From: Nageia nagi
Lineage: Eukaryota > Plantae > Pinophyta
Direction: 5' to 3'
NCBI GenBank assembly: GCA_050084985.1
Contig: JBITNC010000001.1
Location: 108,252,001-108,316,000, forward strand
DNA: 64,000 bases
In this document: positions 50,759-64,000 of the stretch, piece by piece
Numbering within the stretch: the stretch's first letter is position 1
How the letters are laid out: each line of letters begins with the position of its first letter
Made by a program: the position numbers and the translations under genes
Notes under the pieces: model-generated
Databases searched by the model: none
What the model was told of the DNA's origin: nothing
The model's input: only the letters and a program-made list of their open reading frames with translations

Positions 50759-52521
50759 TGTTTCATCAATTTTCCTTTCTTCCCTCCACCTCTGAAGAGG
50801 GTTGCTTGAGAGCCTTTGGCAATATCATCTTTGGTTTCTCTATATCTCACTGCATCTTGCATCTGTAGAGGGTGTTCCTGACTGGTCCTTTCCCACTAGC
50901 CCCACCAACTTCTTCTTCTTCTTTTTGCCTCTATGACTAGACATTACCACCACATTATCTTCCTGAGAGTCGGACTCCTCCTCATCTCCCCAAAACTTAC
51001 TCACTGAGACGGGAGGAACTAGGGGACCTTGATCAACTTGACTAATACCTTGTTGGAATGGCTCCTAGGGAGGAATCGGACGTACCAAGAACTGAGTCTC
51101 CAGAACACTATCCAAGATAGCACTGAAAGCTCCAACCCTTGAATCCTCCATTCTTGGAGTTTGTGACACCACTACTTCTTCACCATAAGATACTGCCTCT
51201 GGAATTGGCACCTCCTTATCCGAAGAAGACTCCTCCTCCTCCCTGGAATGTTATTCTCCTAAATTCCTTGGCTCCTCTATGTTAGCAAGCACTGTTGTTT
51301 CATCCCCAGTGGAAGCAATGGTATCACCAACTTGATCTCCTTTAACCTCGAAAGGAATAATAATAAATGTTGGGATTTCCTTAGCCTGAAGGTCCTCCAA
51401 AGTTGAAAACTCATTTTGCAAGGGACTTTGCCCCTTGTTGGCTTGCTTTGAAGATTCCCCTTGCTCCTACTCTTGAAATTGCTCTTTCCTTACCTGTTGT
51501 TTCTTTTTTTGTTTCTCCTACTTTCTTGTCAGGCACCACGAAGAAGAATACCCTTTTTGTTTGCAGAGATCACAGGTCTTGGGGGATTCTCGTATTCAAT
51601 TGATTGTGACCATTCACCTAAAATAGAGATTAGGTCGATAGACTATGAAAGCATTTTGGTTAGGAGAACGTTCACACACATCTGAGCATAAAGCATTCGA
51701 GTTTTGGTTCTTGTTGCCTTATCAATGGAAACTAGATCTCCTATCCAGTTACCAATGCCCACAAAGATATCATCATGCTAGTATTGAAGAGGTAAGCCTG
51801 GGAGTTTGACCCACATAGCAACATAAGAAATCACCTGCATGTAAGGATCAAACCCCAGGGTCCATTTCATTAGAAACATAGCACACTATCTCAGCATCCA
51901 AGGCCCTCCAAAAAAGATTTTTTTAGGTCTTCCTTGCTGCTGAACTTGATGAGAAAATACCCATTAGGAAGAGCCATAATGTTAAACCTACAATTGGTTC
52001 ACCATTTTTGAAATTCCCATTACCTTACAAAGTTAGTATCAGACAAGATCCAGAAAACTTACCCACAAGGTTCAAAGCCCCTCCATAGTTATCTTGATAA
52101 TCTCCAAAGGAATTATGAGCTTCCCTTCCTGGGTCCTCATGTTAAAGCTTGTCAATAGAGATGGTACCACCAACCCTCTTGCAACCTGCACATAAGATAG
52201 TTTTTGTTTTTTATTCGTCGTATCCTCCATTATCTTATCTGGGGGCTTAGAATCAACCCTATCCTCAGATTCTGAGCTAGACAAGGATCGATATTTGGTG
52301 TTTGAATATACCTCCCCATATGAGCCTGACCCTGCCATAAGAGCAAAGCTGCCAGATGCACCATCAACACCTCTCGACTCCCCTCCCGCTCCTTTCCGCT
52401 CTGCTCTTCAGCTCCTTCCCGCTACATAGGTTTCTGCCTTCAATATTTCTTTTAATACCATCCTTAGCATCTTATTTGTCATACCGAATTTTTTCTTTGA
52501 ATCAAAGGATGGATGAGCCAT
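50755..52521 (-). pseudogene. LINE-B ORF1 (DUF4283 + zinc knuckle)
   Basis: KLSYVQVA; LVGKF; LPNGYFLIKF; GGPWML; MWVKLPGLPL; PKTCDLCK; ends overlapping the ORF2 start. Confidence 0.85.
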
Positions 52522-52899
52522 CTTGAACACCCCACACACACACACCTTAAGGTTGAAAATAATTAATCAAAGAATTATTTTAATTTCATTAATCCTTAAT
52601 TTACTAAAAAGAAATTATATATTCATATTAAACACTTTTACGTTAAGAGCACTTGAATATATATCTATAGATGTATAATAAATTTAACATAGATCTCATT
52701 CTCTCTTTTGAAGTAGACATCAAATTTACCCAACTTCACATTTTGAGATTATCAATTTACTTATTAATAATCTATTTCCTATTTTAAAAAATAGATGGAA
52801 TAATACATATGTTGTGTGCCACCAATAATGGAGTTCTTCATATTTAAATGTAAATATCGTATTTAAATATAACGATAATAATTTAAAATACTATTTAAA

Positions 52900-54010
52900 T
52901 GCATCTACATTTGTAGGTAAAAATATAGTTGAGCTATATCATGAAGAATGTTCGACATTCATAATGAGTTATAAATAATTTTGAAGCATTCATTTTACTA
53001 GACCTATGATCAAGGATTGACATTATATTATTTCAATTATCATATTTTGCAACCAAAGAGGCAAATAGTACAAAAAATAATTGGAGATAAAATCAAGTGA
53101 TAAAAAATACAATAGTTGTGGTCTCTTTTCAAAGTAGGATTTGTTTTCTTGAGAATAATTATCTTCCTTTTTTAAGTAGATTGGTCTACCAACCCCAAAC
53201 AATAAGATGCATCACAAAAGGAGAAGCAATGTGAATGGTTATTGTATTTAACTCTATGTGAATCCATATATATTACCAGTTAATTGTGTATTTTCTTTGA
53301 AGCTAAAGTGCAACTTGTAACAAAGGTATATTCTTGGTATATTTTATTTTAGTTACATGCCAAAAGATAATCTCTACATCAATAAGAATATTAGTCTTAG
53401 ATAACTCTATTAAGACATGTGACTCAAGCTGAATGAGTCATCTTCTTGGTGAATGTATTAACTTTGGGATACTAGAGATGTGGTTTAACTCGATAAATAA
53501 AGATACTATTTTACCAAATTAACAAACATCATATGTAGTACATTTAGATCAAATTCATTTAACTCCAACATGTTATAAAAATGTGCCACATTGGAATATT
53601 TTGCAACAAGATTTGTACATACATCAAAGACTCTTTACATGAATACTTTTATCAATGTTGTGGTTGTGAGTGAACCAATATATATGCATGCTAAAGTGAA
53701 ATAATAGATAAAGTAGACATATTATTGATAAGATACATGTCAAAAACATATAGTTTTTGGATTACAATGATCGTAGGCTATCAAAAAATGATTAAGTTGA
53801 AAGGACCTACAAATCTATGCAATACTTACATCAAAATAATGCATTTATTAAACATTTTTATTGAGGATGGCTATCATCAAGCACATGAAAAAGTAGAAAG
53901 CAAACACTATTTTAAATTAGAGAGGACCAAATTGGTTATTAAGTTCAAGTATTATTCTAGCATGGATGTTATGAAATCTTTCCTCTCCTTTATTCACTTC
54001 AACTAATCTC
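52900..54010 (+). mobile_element. Faint copia RT/RNase H remnant
   Basis: IRYMSKTYSFWI...KLKG resembles LRYLKGT..YGI...L.G in ORF 53725-54006. Very degenerate. Confidence 0.3.
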
Positions 54011-54380
54011 CCACATTTATGTCCTCTTTGAATTTACATCTCCTATCAAACATTGATTTTCAACATAAATAAATAGATGCAAAAAATTTCTATCATGGAA
54101 GGGTCCTATCATTACAAATTGCACTCTCCCTCAACCACCATTAGCCAACAAAGGAGGCATAATTGGAAAAAAAGTGCATACTCAAGCTCTATTATTTCCC
54201 TTAGAGTTAATAAAATAAAAATTCTCCATTTCATTTATGTTATCCACTTTTAATTTTAATAATAATACTTTTAATTATATGATTATTTAATATTAAACAA
54301 AGTAAAATTAATAAGCATGATATTATCAAAATTTTACCATGTAAGTAAATATTAATTATACCTTAGGAATTAATCTCACA

Positions 54381-55430
54381 TTAATTCTTTTTCCTACAGG
54401 TGCATCATAATGATATTAACAATACCTACATACATCACAAGGGTCAATATAAATAAGTAAACATGCAATACATTATGAAACTATGTGATCTAAATTATCT
54501 TTATGTATTATCGATGATGCTATCAACCATTGTATCCATATTCAAAATTTCATTTCTAGTAACTAAATCTCCTTGGTCCACCTGGTCTTGCAAAGTCAAA
54601 ACTCAAAGATGACATCAAATCTTATAAATGGTCATAACATCATATCATAAACTCCACAAATCTACATCATTAATATATTATTATAATACTAAATCATATT
54701 AGCATAGCAATATTGTACTCATACAATACCACATAAAAACATAAATCAGAAAGGGCATCATAGTATTGGCTCTCATGTAGAGTGGGGAATCACATAATGA
54801 ATAGAACAACCCTTCAACACAATTCAAGGAGAAAATTATGCTGGCAACCATATGAAAAGTGGACCCAAGGTTTGGTTGACTCTCCATCCTATTTAAAAAA
54901 GAGACCAATCTCATTCTTTAAAGAGTATTTTTACCTTAGTATATTTATGCCCTTTTCCTCCAACCTTAAAAATGTTGCTATTAGCTCCTTTAAAATTCAT
55001 AATCTAACCCTATGAGCAAAAAATTCCCATCCTTTCAAGAGTGATCCAATCTGGTGGCTAATTCCATGTCTTCTTGTGGGAATATCTAGAGGAAGTTCCA
55101 AAAACCCCTTTGATAGGAATGGAATTTACTTCCTTATCTACTTGCAAAAATGTTAGTTCCAACCATCCTATAACGAGAGAATAAAATAAACAAGTAATAA
55201 AAAAAGAATGCAATAGTTGTTTATCATCCAAAATAATTAACGTAATTATTGGGATATTAGGATTTCTATTCCATAAAATAAATAAATAATTGGATGGTAC
55301 CTTCATATGATCCCATCTATGCAATCAATAGCTTTATGTTAGATCATGATGAATTTTTGGGTATAAATCTTCACTTTGTTCGATAAGTAATGTTTTCTAA
55401 TATTTTACTTGAATCAATATCCAATGAGGT
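54381..55430 (-). mobile_element. Gypsy-like integrase remnant ending in a PPT next to an LTR edge (TGTGAGA at 54380, minus strand)
   Basis: NSIPIK and LGSTFHMV (resembling PLPIP and HPVFHVS) in ORFs 55058-55324 and 54699-54914; minus-strand AGGAAAAAGAA just before the TG. Confidence 0.35.
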
Positions 55431-55453
55431 GTCATCAAGTTGATGTTATCTAC

Positions 55454-57547
55454 TATTGACTAGGCTTCTTTATATAATAAAGAAGAAAGAAAATTGATCG
55501 ATGAATATGCCTTAATAGATTAAAGATGCATCAAACATCATGAAATAGGAATAAAAGTAATCCATATTTTATAAAAGGTAATTTTATTAATAATATCAAG
55601 TAATATAATATTGTTCAAATCCGAACAAGAGTCGCTAGTCAATAGCTATTGGGAGACTCTTGGTATCCTAACATATACTTTCTTATGCATGTGAATCCAT
55701 GTGTGTGTAGTTGGTCATGCATTTTCTCTATAATATATGGACTCATCCATGATGATTACACTATTCAATATGGAATTCAACATTAGGTAATCATTATTCA
55801 ACACTTGGTAGTCGGCCCACCCCAAGGTGTGCCAAGGGGTACTTGAAGGATGTATTAGTGAAGTGTGAGTGATTCTTCTCTCAAAATTGCTTGAACATAA
55901 TTTTATATCTCTCTCACATCTCTTTGGAGAAGGTGTATCGATTAGTTATCATGGTGTCTCTTTGCTTAATCTTTATAATTAACTTAACTCTTTATCCTTC
56001 AAACTAATATGGTTCAATTTTCTAACCGATATGGTTCGATCACCAAATTGATACGGTTTGGTCATCCAAACCAATACATATGACTTAATTTAATAAGTTA
56101 ATTACTAATATTATATTCAAATGATTTCCATGCTAACATCCTCCCTAACATAAAACCAAGTCTCTTCCTTGAGACTTCCTTTTAAATTAACATGTTCTCG
56201 ACATCTCTCCTCCCCAACTTAAGGTGGAGAGTCATCCTTGAGTCTTTGCTTGAATAAAATTAACATTATATCAACAAGGGCATCCTAAAAAAATCTCAAT
56301 AAATCATAGTAAAAAATGGGGGTTTCTCTTTTTTTTTTGGCTCTCTTCAAAGTCGATTGAATCTCCATTACCATCCTGATGAAGCAGTGATGTAACCTCC
56401 TAGGAACAGATTGCAAAGGCCTCAACTCAGGTCCTCTCTTCTTACCTATCTACTATGCCTACTACCCTAACCTACTCTTACTCTTTGTAAACCAATTGAT
56501 GTCTCCTTCTCTCACATAATCCAATTGGTTACAACCTACTTCTAAGGTGTACACCTTTTCAACAATCAAAATTGATCCATTGATTCTATCGATTAGAATC
56601 TTTATCTCTTTATTTCCTCCAACGAAACTATTATTTCTCTACCTCTCTTCTTTAGGTGCCTCTTGTACTCTTTCTTCATTTTTGATCTCATCAATTTTGT
56701 CTTCACCTTGAACCAATTTGGTGATGAATAAATTTAGTACTTTGGTAAATTTTCAATGAAACTTCATAAAATGTATAACCCAAGAGATCCTTTACTTTGT
56801 ATCCTCAAAGGTTCGATTCTTCAAATCTGTAGGGTCCTTTATAGTCTAGTTAGTTAGGATACTGTTGACTGGGATTCTTTATATAAGAAAGAAGGTAGAA
56901 ACCTGATTGATGAATATGCCTCGATAGATTGAAGATGTGTTGAACCTCATAAAATAGAAATACAAGTAATCCATGTTTTATAAAAGGTTTTTTTTTTAAT
57001 AATATCAAGTAATACAATATTATTTGAATCTAAAAAAGAGTCACCAATTGACAGCTATCAATAGACTCCTGGTGTCCCAATATATACTTTCTTATGCATG
57101 TGCATCAATGTGTGTGTAGAAAATCACACCTTTTTTCTATAATATATGTACTCTTTTGCAGTGAGTACAATATTCATCATGGCATTCAACATTTAGTAGT
57201 CATTATTCAGCACTTGGTAGTCAGCCAACATTGAGGCTTGCCAATGGGCACTCAAAGGATGTATTACTGAAATGTGAGTGATGCTTCTCTTGAAATTGCT
57301 TGAATATACTTTTAAATACTTCTCATATCTATTTGAAAAATATGTGTCAATTAGTTATCATGGTGTCTCTTTACTTAATCTCTATAGTTAACTTAACTCT
57401 TTATCCTTCAAACTGATATAGTTCAATCATCAAACTGATACAGTTAGATTTCCAAATCGATACAATTTAGTCTCCCAAATTGATACATATGACTTAATTT
57501 ACTTAGTCAATTACTAATATTATATTTAGCTGATTTCTATACTAACA
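55454..57547 (-). mobile_element. Non-autonomous LTR element: LTRs 55454-56138 and 56863-57547, internal ~724 bp
   Basis: Direct repeats T(A/G)TTGAC...CTAACA; perfect TSD TCTAC at 55449-55453 and 57548-57552; PPT AGGGAGGA adjacent to 56138; PBS not canonical. Confidence 0.9.
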
Positions 57548-57861
57548 TCTACCATCTTTCTCATTCATACAAATATTTACACCTTGTGAAAAATCAACTT
57601 ACCAATCTATGAAATATAAAGTCTCCAATGGTCTCGTTGAAAGATGTGTATTAACTAAGTAAATATGACTCATTCACCAATAAGATAAAGAATTATAATA
57701 GGGTGTTTTGGGATACCTCCCAACCAGTTTTTTCTTATAATTGAAATTTGTAAACACTAACCTAGGTAGTGTTTATAGAAAATCCTCCTTTGAAATAAAG
57801 AGTTCCTCCTAGAGAAGCCCTTGATTTACTAGGTAGTCCTCTACCTTATTTCCTTCCCTGT

Positions 57862-58601
57862 TGTTAACACCCAAAAGGAAATTTTAATTTAATTAAAATA
57901 CCCTTTTAAGTATTTGAAATAATTTATTTAATTTATTAAATAAATTCTCTTTTCCATGTGCACTCTCATCTACCTTTATGTTTTATGGTAATAGGTAAGC
58001 TTGACATCACAATAAGCCTAAGGAGGAGCCTTAGCACTAGAATTGTTGCTTATTAAGATGGAGGGGTTGTTCATGATAAAAGATATAACATGACATGAAA
58101 AAATATTAAATCCTTGATAGGTAGTAATATACTTATTTCAATCTTGATTGATGTTTCTTAACACCACCTATCATCTCTAGATTTTTTTTATACTTTGAGC
58201 TCTGCATTCTTACGATATTTCATCCCTTTGAGAGTGAGATTTGATGGATCAAAGATAAGATAATGACATCAAATTAAAGGTAAAGACATTATGGAATGGT
58301 AACCAGGTGATGTCACTAGGTTTTTGATGCTACCACTAGGTTGAGGTTGAATTGGTGGCTTTCTATTTTGGGAAAGCTCATCGTTCATCCTCTTTCATTC
58401 ACATTTTGCCTCTATTCATCATCATAGGTAAAGTACATGTTTGTATCTTCCATAAATCTAGTTTTGATAGGTCAAGGTAAATTAGGTCATTATCATCTTT
58501 CATGCCATTTATTTCTCATTATTCATAATTGATTGGCAAATTTAATTATTTTGTAAATAACCTTAATAAATATTATTTTGGTTATAACAATTGGCGAACC
58601 C
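57862..58601 (+). repeat. Probable 5' LTR (TGTTAAC...ATAACA, ends 58589) followed by a TGGCG-type PBS
   Basis: TG..CA termini, then ATTGGCGAACCC. No second copy in the window. Confidence 0.4.
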
Positions 58602-58686
58602 AAATTCTTTTCAATACATCGCATTATCCTTCACTAGTTACATCGAAACCTTAAGGTTTTGGATAGGAATAATATTTCATTTCAAG

Positions 58687-61600
58687 TATTTTAGATATGG
58701 ATACACCTATTGCTATAGATCATGAAAATATTAAATGTTATTTTGTATAACCTAAGAAGACTAGCACACAAAAGAATTATGTCAACACACGTAGAATTCA
58801 AAGCAAAAGAGTACAAAGATTGCACCCACACAATGAATATGATATTTTTATAGAATATTATAGCCACACAACCCAAAAAGAAGTGGAAAATAATCAAGAA
58901 GAACTTGATAAGCTCCTATCTAATGCATTAGAGGTACTTGCTAGGCCAGAAAACTCCAAGATTAAAAAGCAATGTATTAGTTTAGAATAATGCCTTAATA
59001 CACAAGAATATTGACTCTTCACATTCACCTTCTTTGGTGACCCTTGAGATACAATGTAACTTTTCATATTCTTTTAGCAATGACACTTCAAATTCTAGCA
59101 TACATAAAGCTATGAATTTACTAAATATAGTAAGTAACTACTACTATAATATATATACCATAATCCCTAAGGATTAGGTGTCTAATATTCCCCCTTAATC
59201 TAAAGGGGTGTTGGTAAGTCCAAGCATCTTGCTGAACTTCTTGAACTTTTCTCTTCCAAGTGCCTTAGTGAAGATGTCTATTGTTTACTCATATGTGGAA
59301 CAATATTTCAATTGAATTATCTTGACATCTACATGATGTCAAATCAAATGATACTTTATGTTGATATGCTTTGTTCAATCATGAAACTTTAGATTCTTGG
59401 CTAATTGAATTGCATAAATATTATCAATCAGAAGTGTATTTGGATGCACCTATTTTTTTTGCAAATCTTTTAGTATCTTCCTAAGCCACATAATCTCCTT
59501 TATTGCTTCTATAGTAGCCACATACTTTATCTCTATAGTGGAATTTGCTAATATGGATAGCTTTCATGATCTCCAAGAGATAGCTTTCAATCTAAGAATC
59601 ATGGCATATCCTGAAGTCAAAACTCTATTTCCTTTATCACCATTAAAGTTTGAATCTATATATCCAATCAATTTGAATTCTCCTACTTTGAAATATTTGA
59701 GCCCTAATTCTTGTGTGCCTTTTAATATCAGAGAACTCTTTCTTTTGCTTTCCAATGCCCTTCACATAGTTTTTGCATAAACCGAGGAGAAATCCAGTCA
59801 CAAATGAATTATGTACTCTAATTATGGTTAGATATATGATACTTCCAATAAGTTAACTATACTTCATTACATCCTCAAATGCATTTCCTTCAATAGATTT
59901 CAACTTCAAATTTTATTCCATTGGAGTGGAAAGAGGATTACAATATGTCATGCCAAATTTGTTCAACAATTCTCCAATGTACTTTCTTTGGGAAATGAAA
60001 ATGTACCTTGGGTTTTGTGTCACTTCAATGCCCAAATAATAATGGAGATGTCCCATATCTATCATTTCAAAACCTATCTTCAAATCTTGTTTTCATAGAT
60101 GTAATGTAACTTTCATTATTCCTAGTTATCAAAAGATCATATACATACACCACAAGATATACAATAGTTTTTCCAACTTTTTTGATAAACAAAGTTGCAT
60201 CATCAAGATTAAATTATTTAAAGTCTATCTTCAAGAGATGCTTAGCAAGCTTTTTATACCAAGTGTGAGGAGTTTATTTTAGGCCAAATAAGGACTTGAT
60301 GATATTACAAATTTTTTATTCCTAACCCTTCACTGTAAATCCTTTTGGTTGTTTCATGTACACATTCTCTTTCAAATCACCATTCAAGAAAGTAGCATTT
60401 ACATCCATCTAATGAACTTTCAATCCATGTTGAGTTAACATTGTCAAAAAAGAACAAATAGTAGCCTATTTTGCTGTGGGAGAAAATGTCTCATCATAGT
60501 AAATACCTTATTTCTATGCAAAACCCTTAGCTACGAGCCTCACTTTGTGTTTCTCAAGTGAGTAATCTGATCTATATTTATTTTTGTATACCTAGTTGCA
60601 TCTAATAGGTTTATTTCCATATGGAGGATTCACCAACTTCCATGTCCCATTATTGATGAGAGCATCATACTCCTTCATAGCATCCTTCTACACATCATTA
60701 GAAAAAGATTATTTAAAGGAATTTGGCTCATAATCAGTAGATAAATTCAATTCACAATCAAAAGAACATTCCATATCCTCAACATCATCACCTAAATTTG
60801 AACCCTCTATTGCTCCATATTCACTTCTTTCTCTATAGGAACTCCTAGTTCTTATCTTTCCAACTTCATTAAGATGAACACTCTCAAGTGTTTTGGAGAG
60901 CCATTTAGGAATATTATGTGATTTTTTTGGTTTCTCAAAAAGCTGAGGAGGTTTTTCATTTCCTTCAAGATTCAACTTATCAATCCCTTCATTCACATCA
61001 TCTAAAGGAGCTACTAAAACTGACAAAGAGGAAGGATCTTATTGTGGTGGAGGAGGTGCTTGTACTATTGGAACAAGTGCTACTACTAGATCAGGCACTT
61101 CTAAAATAGGTATAAGTAGTGTAGATTTCAAATATTGATCCAATATAGGGATTCCCTCCTCAATATTTGAAAGCTCATAATCAGCTTCAAATAAATGCTT
61201 TCCATAGGTAAACCTATCAAGGTGATCAAGCTACCACTCAACATTAAAGTCACTCTTAGAACATTCCAATAAAATGAAATCCCTTGCAAAGAGGAACTTT
61301 TTGTTTATCTCATCATAAAGCTTATATACCTTGGTAGTATCTGAGTACCCCAAGAAAATACATTTTTGACTCTTTGCACCAAGTCTATTTCTTTGTTCCT
61401 TAAGTACTAGGGTAGAATAAGTAGAACTATAGACCTTGAGATATTGAACCAAAAGAACATGGAAAAACCATATTTCATAGAAGCATTAGCATCAAGATCA
61501 TGAGATGGATATATGTTTTTGACATACACTACATAAAAAAACTACATAACCCAAAAATATAATTTCACATTCTTGAAAAACAACATTGCCCATTTCATAT

Positions 61601-63200
61601 TCAACAAGGTTCTATTTATCCTCTCAGTTACACTATTTTGTTGTAGATTATAGCAAAAAATTATTTGATTCTTGATTCCATTTTGACTAAGATAGTTTTT
61701 GAATTAAACTTTTTCTTAATGTGTGAGGTAGGAATTCTTTTATTTGGTAAAGCTTTTATGCATCTTCAACAACTTCTCATCCTCCCCACCAATCATCACC
61801 ACTTTATTGTTAGAATATTTCCTTATCTCCATGATGTCATCAAACATATGAATGAAGTGCCCTTGTTATCAAATGAGAATAAGAGATAATAGGTTCCTTC
61901 ACAATTGAGGAAGATAGATCACAATATGAAGAGTCATATCTAGAAGGATTGGCAATTTGATTCTCATAGTACCAATACCTAAAGGTTTAATACATGATTT
62001 ATTAATAAAGTATACAACACCATCAATGTTGGTATTCATCTCTTCAAACAATTCCCTTCGAAATGACATGTGACATTCTGCACTAGTATCAAGCAACCAT
62101 GCATTCTCCTAAGATGGAAATGAAGTATTACACAAATTTTCAATTATATTGTTATAATAAGCTATAATATAGTGATAAAAATCATAATTCTTACTATTGT
62201 ATTGCTCTCATTTTTCATTCTATTCTTTGTTCTTATCCCATGGAGTGTGACAAGTATTAGCTTCATGGCCTCATATATCATATATTTTACAATGGAGATT
62301 GTTCCTCTCATCACGATTACCTTGATTAGATCTATCCCCTTCCTCTATGATTCCTCCTACCATGACCATGGTTGCTACTTTCACCTTGATAAGAATCATA
62401 CGCAACATTCTTTCCCTTTTGAGAAATACATAATGTGTATTAAGTAGGATCACTAGATTTCTTGGCAAATGCCTTCTCACATTCTGTAATCTTATCCACC
62501 AAAGTATCAAATGTGAGAGACTTCAAGTTACCACTAGCTTGCAAGGATTAAAGATAATTTGAATATGTTAGGTACAATGACTTAATCAAATTTGTGAGAG
62601 AAATACCAATCTTCACACTAGTAGAGTCAATGTCATGCATTATTTCTCTAATTTAAGAAATCAATGCCATAGGATCATCATTTGTTAACTCTAGGTTAAA
62701 AAGTTTCAATTGAAGTTGGATTAATTCCAATTCATAATGGGATTCAAATAAGTATTTAAGTTTCTTTAGTGCATTCTAAGCATCATTAATGGAGCTAATA
62801 TGGTGATTAACCTTCTCACTAACCAAAGATGAAATCAAAGCATACGCCTTATTATTTTTCATGTTCTAAACTAAAAGCTCCTTGGCATCAGTCAGTTTGG
62901 TAGGTTGGTTACCACCATCACAAATACTAAACCAAAAATCATTGAAAATCAAAGTGCAAAAATCATTGAAAATCAAAGTATGCTTTATTTTCCTAGACCA
63001 CTCCAGCCAATTTTCTTTACGAGTTAATACAACACCAACAATACTCGCAAGGGAATGCATCTTTGAAATAGAAAATTCAAACTTTATTTATTTGCTTTAC
63101 AAAATTTTATAATTCAATAAATTGCACACACTTTTCCAAAAAACACACACAAAACCAAAATTTCTTTTTGCTCACACCACATGAAAAATACAAAAAGAAT
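58687..63200 (-). mobile_element. Decayed Ty1/copia element: gag, protease, partial integrase, RT, RNase H, PPT and 3' LTR (~58687-59187); 5' LTR/PBS not seen
   Basis: LTRKENWLEWS (gag); WLLDTSAECHMS (protease); QQNSVTER and KCIFLGYS..K.YKLYD (integrase); EPNSF, KHKVRLVAKGF, YVYDLL (RT); LIGYIDS, TKHINIKYH, DIFTKAL (RNase H); PPT AAGGGGGAA at ~59188-59196. Confidence 0.92.
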
Positions 63201-63222
63201 ATAGGATCTCAAAAGAGATTTA

Positions 63223-63474
63223 TTACATCACACATCTCCTCTTGCGAGGAGGGTTTCTTTTAGAAGGCATGTTATGAGGAGATGGTATAGTGAAAGTAGA
63301 AGTAGTATCAAAAAATTCAACAACATCATCTTGGTCTTCGTTATCATCAACATTGATCAAATAACCTATTTCCAACTCAAATTTTATTTTATCAGCTTCA
63401 AGTGTGACACAATACTCCAAAGTGCAAAATCTCTCAATTATGCCTAATTCACCAATATCTGAATCAGAAGTCAT
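63223..63474 (-). other. Unassigned coding-like remnant (acidic stretch + basic C-terminus), probably part of another TE extending beyond the window
   Basis: 83-aa ORF with DDNEDQDD and PSKRNPPRKRR; GGTGTATAT repeats at 63565-63770. Confidence 0.3.
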
Positions 63475-64000
63475 ACCATCTTTGCCAATATATTTTTTAA
63501 TGGAAGAGCCTATCCTTGGACCACATTTGTAAATATATTATGTGCATATATCAAAAATAAGAGTGGGTGTATATCATTTCCACCATCACCACCTCTACCC
63601 AATTGCACCACTCTGCTTCCAATATATTATAGGTGTATATTGAAAGTCATATCATGGGTGTATATCAAAGTCCACCACCTCGCTACCTTTGGATGATGCC
63701 ACTCCACCTAGATATATCATGCGCATATAGTGAAGCTACATAATTGGTGCATATAAATTATGGGTGTATAGCATAAAACAAATATAAAACTCACCAAACT
63801 ATGATATGTACCTATCCATGCTATTTGATGTTTTGCATGCAAATTGAATTGCTTAGTCCATTATAGTTGTAGAACCCTGAAACTCTAGGTATGGGAAGTT
63901 TTTGTCAATGCATGTTACCCGTATGAGGTGTAGGATTGTGTTTCTCTTATGATTTATGCTTGCATGTTGATTTGTGGGCTGCATTTATGTAATTTTTTAT

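Larger units (their letters stand above)
45651..52545 (-). mobile_element. LINE-B: apparently full-length, least decayed L1-clade LINE with RNase H and ORF3
   Basis: ATC-A10 tail at 45651-45663, (GT)n at the 5' end, complete domain series and retained CpG. No TSD found. Confidence 0.95.

Noticed and set aside
45630-52620. TSD for LINE-B
   Set aside because: Only weak AT-rich similarity (AAAGATATAATATTTT vs AAAGAATTATTTT), not convincing.
45389-54380. A single shared LTR (TGTGAGA...TCTCACA) between tandem elements, split by LINE-B
   Set aside because: The intervening 52900-54010 looks like unrelated copia pol and there is no second copy for confirmation; two separate LTR edges are as likely.
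3933-63112. The many 60-100 aa hydrophobic F/I/L-rich ORFs in the track as small membrane proteins
   Set aside because: They are antisense or off-frame readings of TE remnants, or chance ORFs in AT-rich repeats.

Overview
AT-rich, CpG-depleted eukaryotic DNA that is almost entirely nested, decayed transposable elements. It looks like intergenic or intronic space of a large seed-plant genome; a gymnosperm/conifer origin is my inference from the TE and PPR style. No intact host protein-coding gene, rRNA, tRNA or CRISPR array was found. Many insertions can be delimited by target-site duplications (TSDs): three L1-clade LINEs (A 16693-28134 -, C 34342-39746 +, B 45651-~52545 -), a MULE (9-bp TSD), a TRIM (5-bp TSD) holding a CACTA element (3-bp TSD) that captured a PPR gene fragment, two non-autonomous LTR elements with tiny internal regions, and solo LTRs. 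There is also a decayed Ty1/copia, Ty3/gypsy remnants and an intron-containing plant-mobile-domain (PMD) pseudogene. Best candidate for something new: LINE-A and LINE-B are clearly different families, yet both carry a homologous third ORF between the RNase H domain and the poly(A) tail. Second candidate: a CpG-retaining non-coding island starting at a miR482/2118-like target site (possible PHAS locus). All coordinates and translations outside the supplied ORF track were read by hand and may be off by a few bases.
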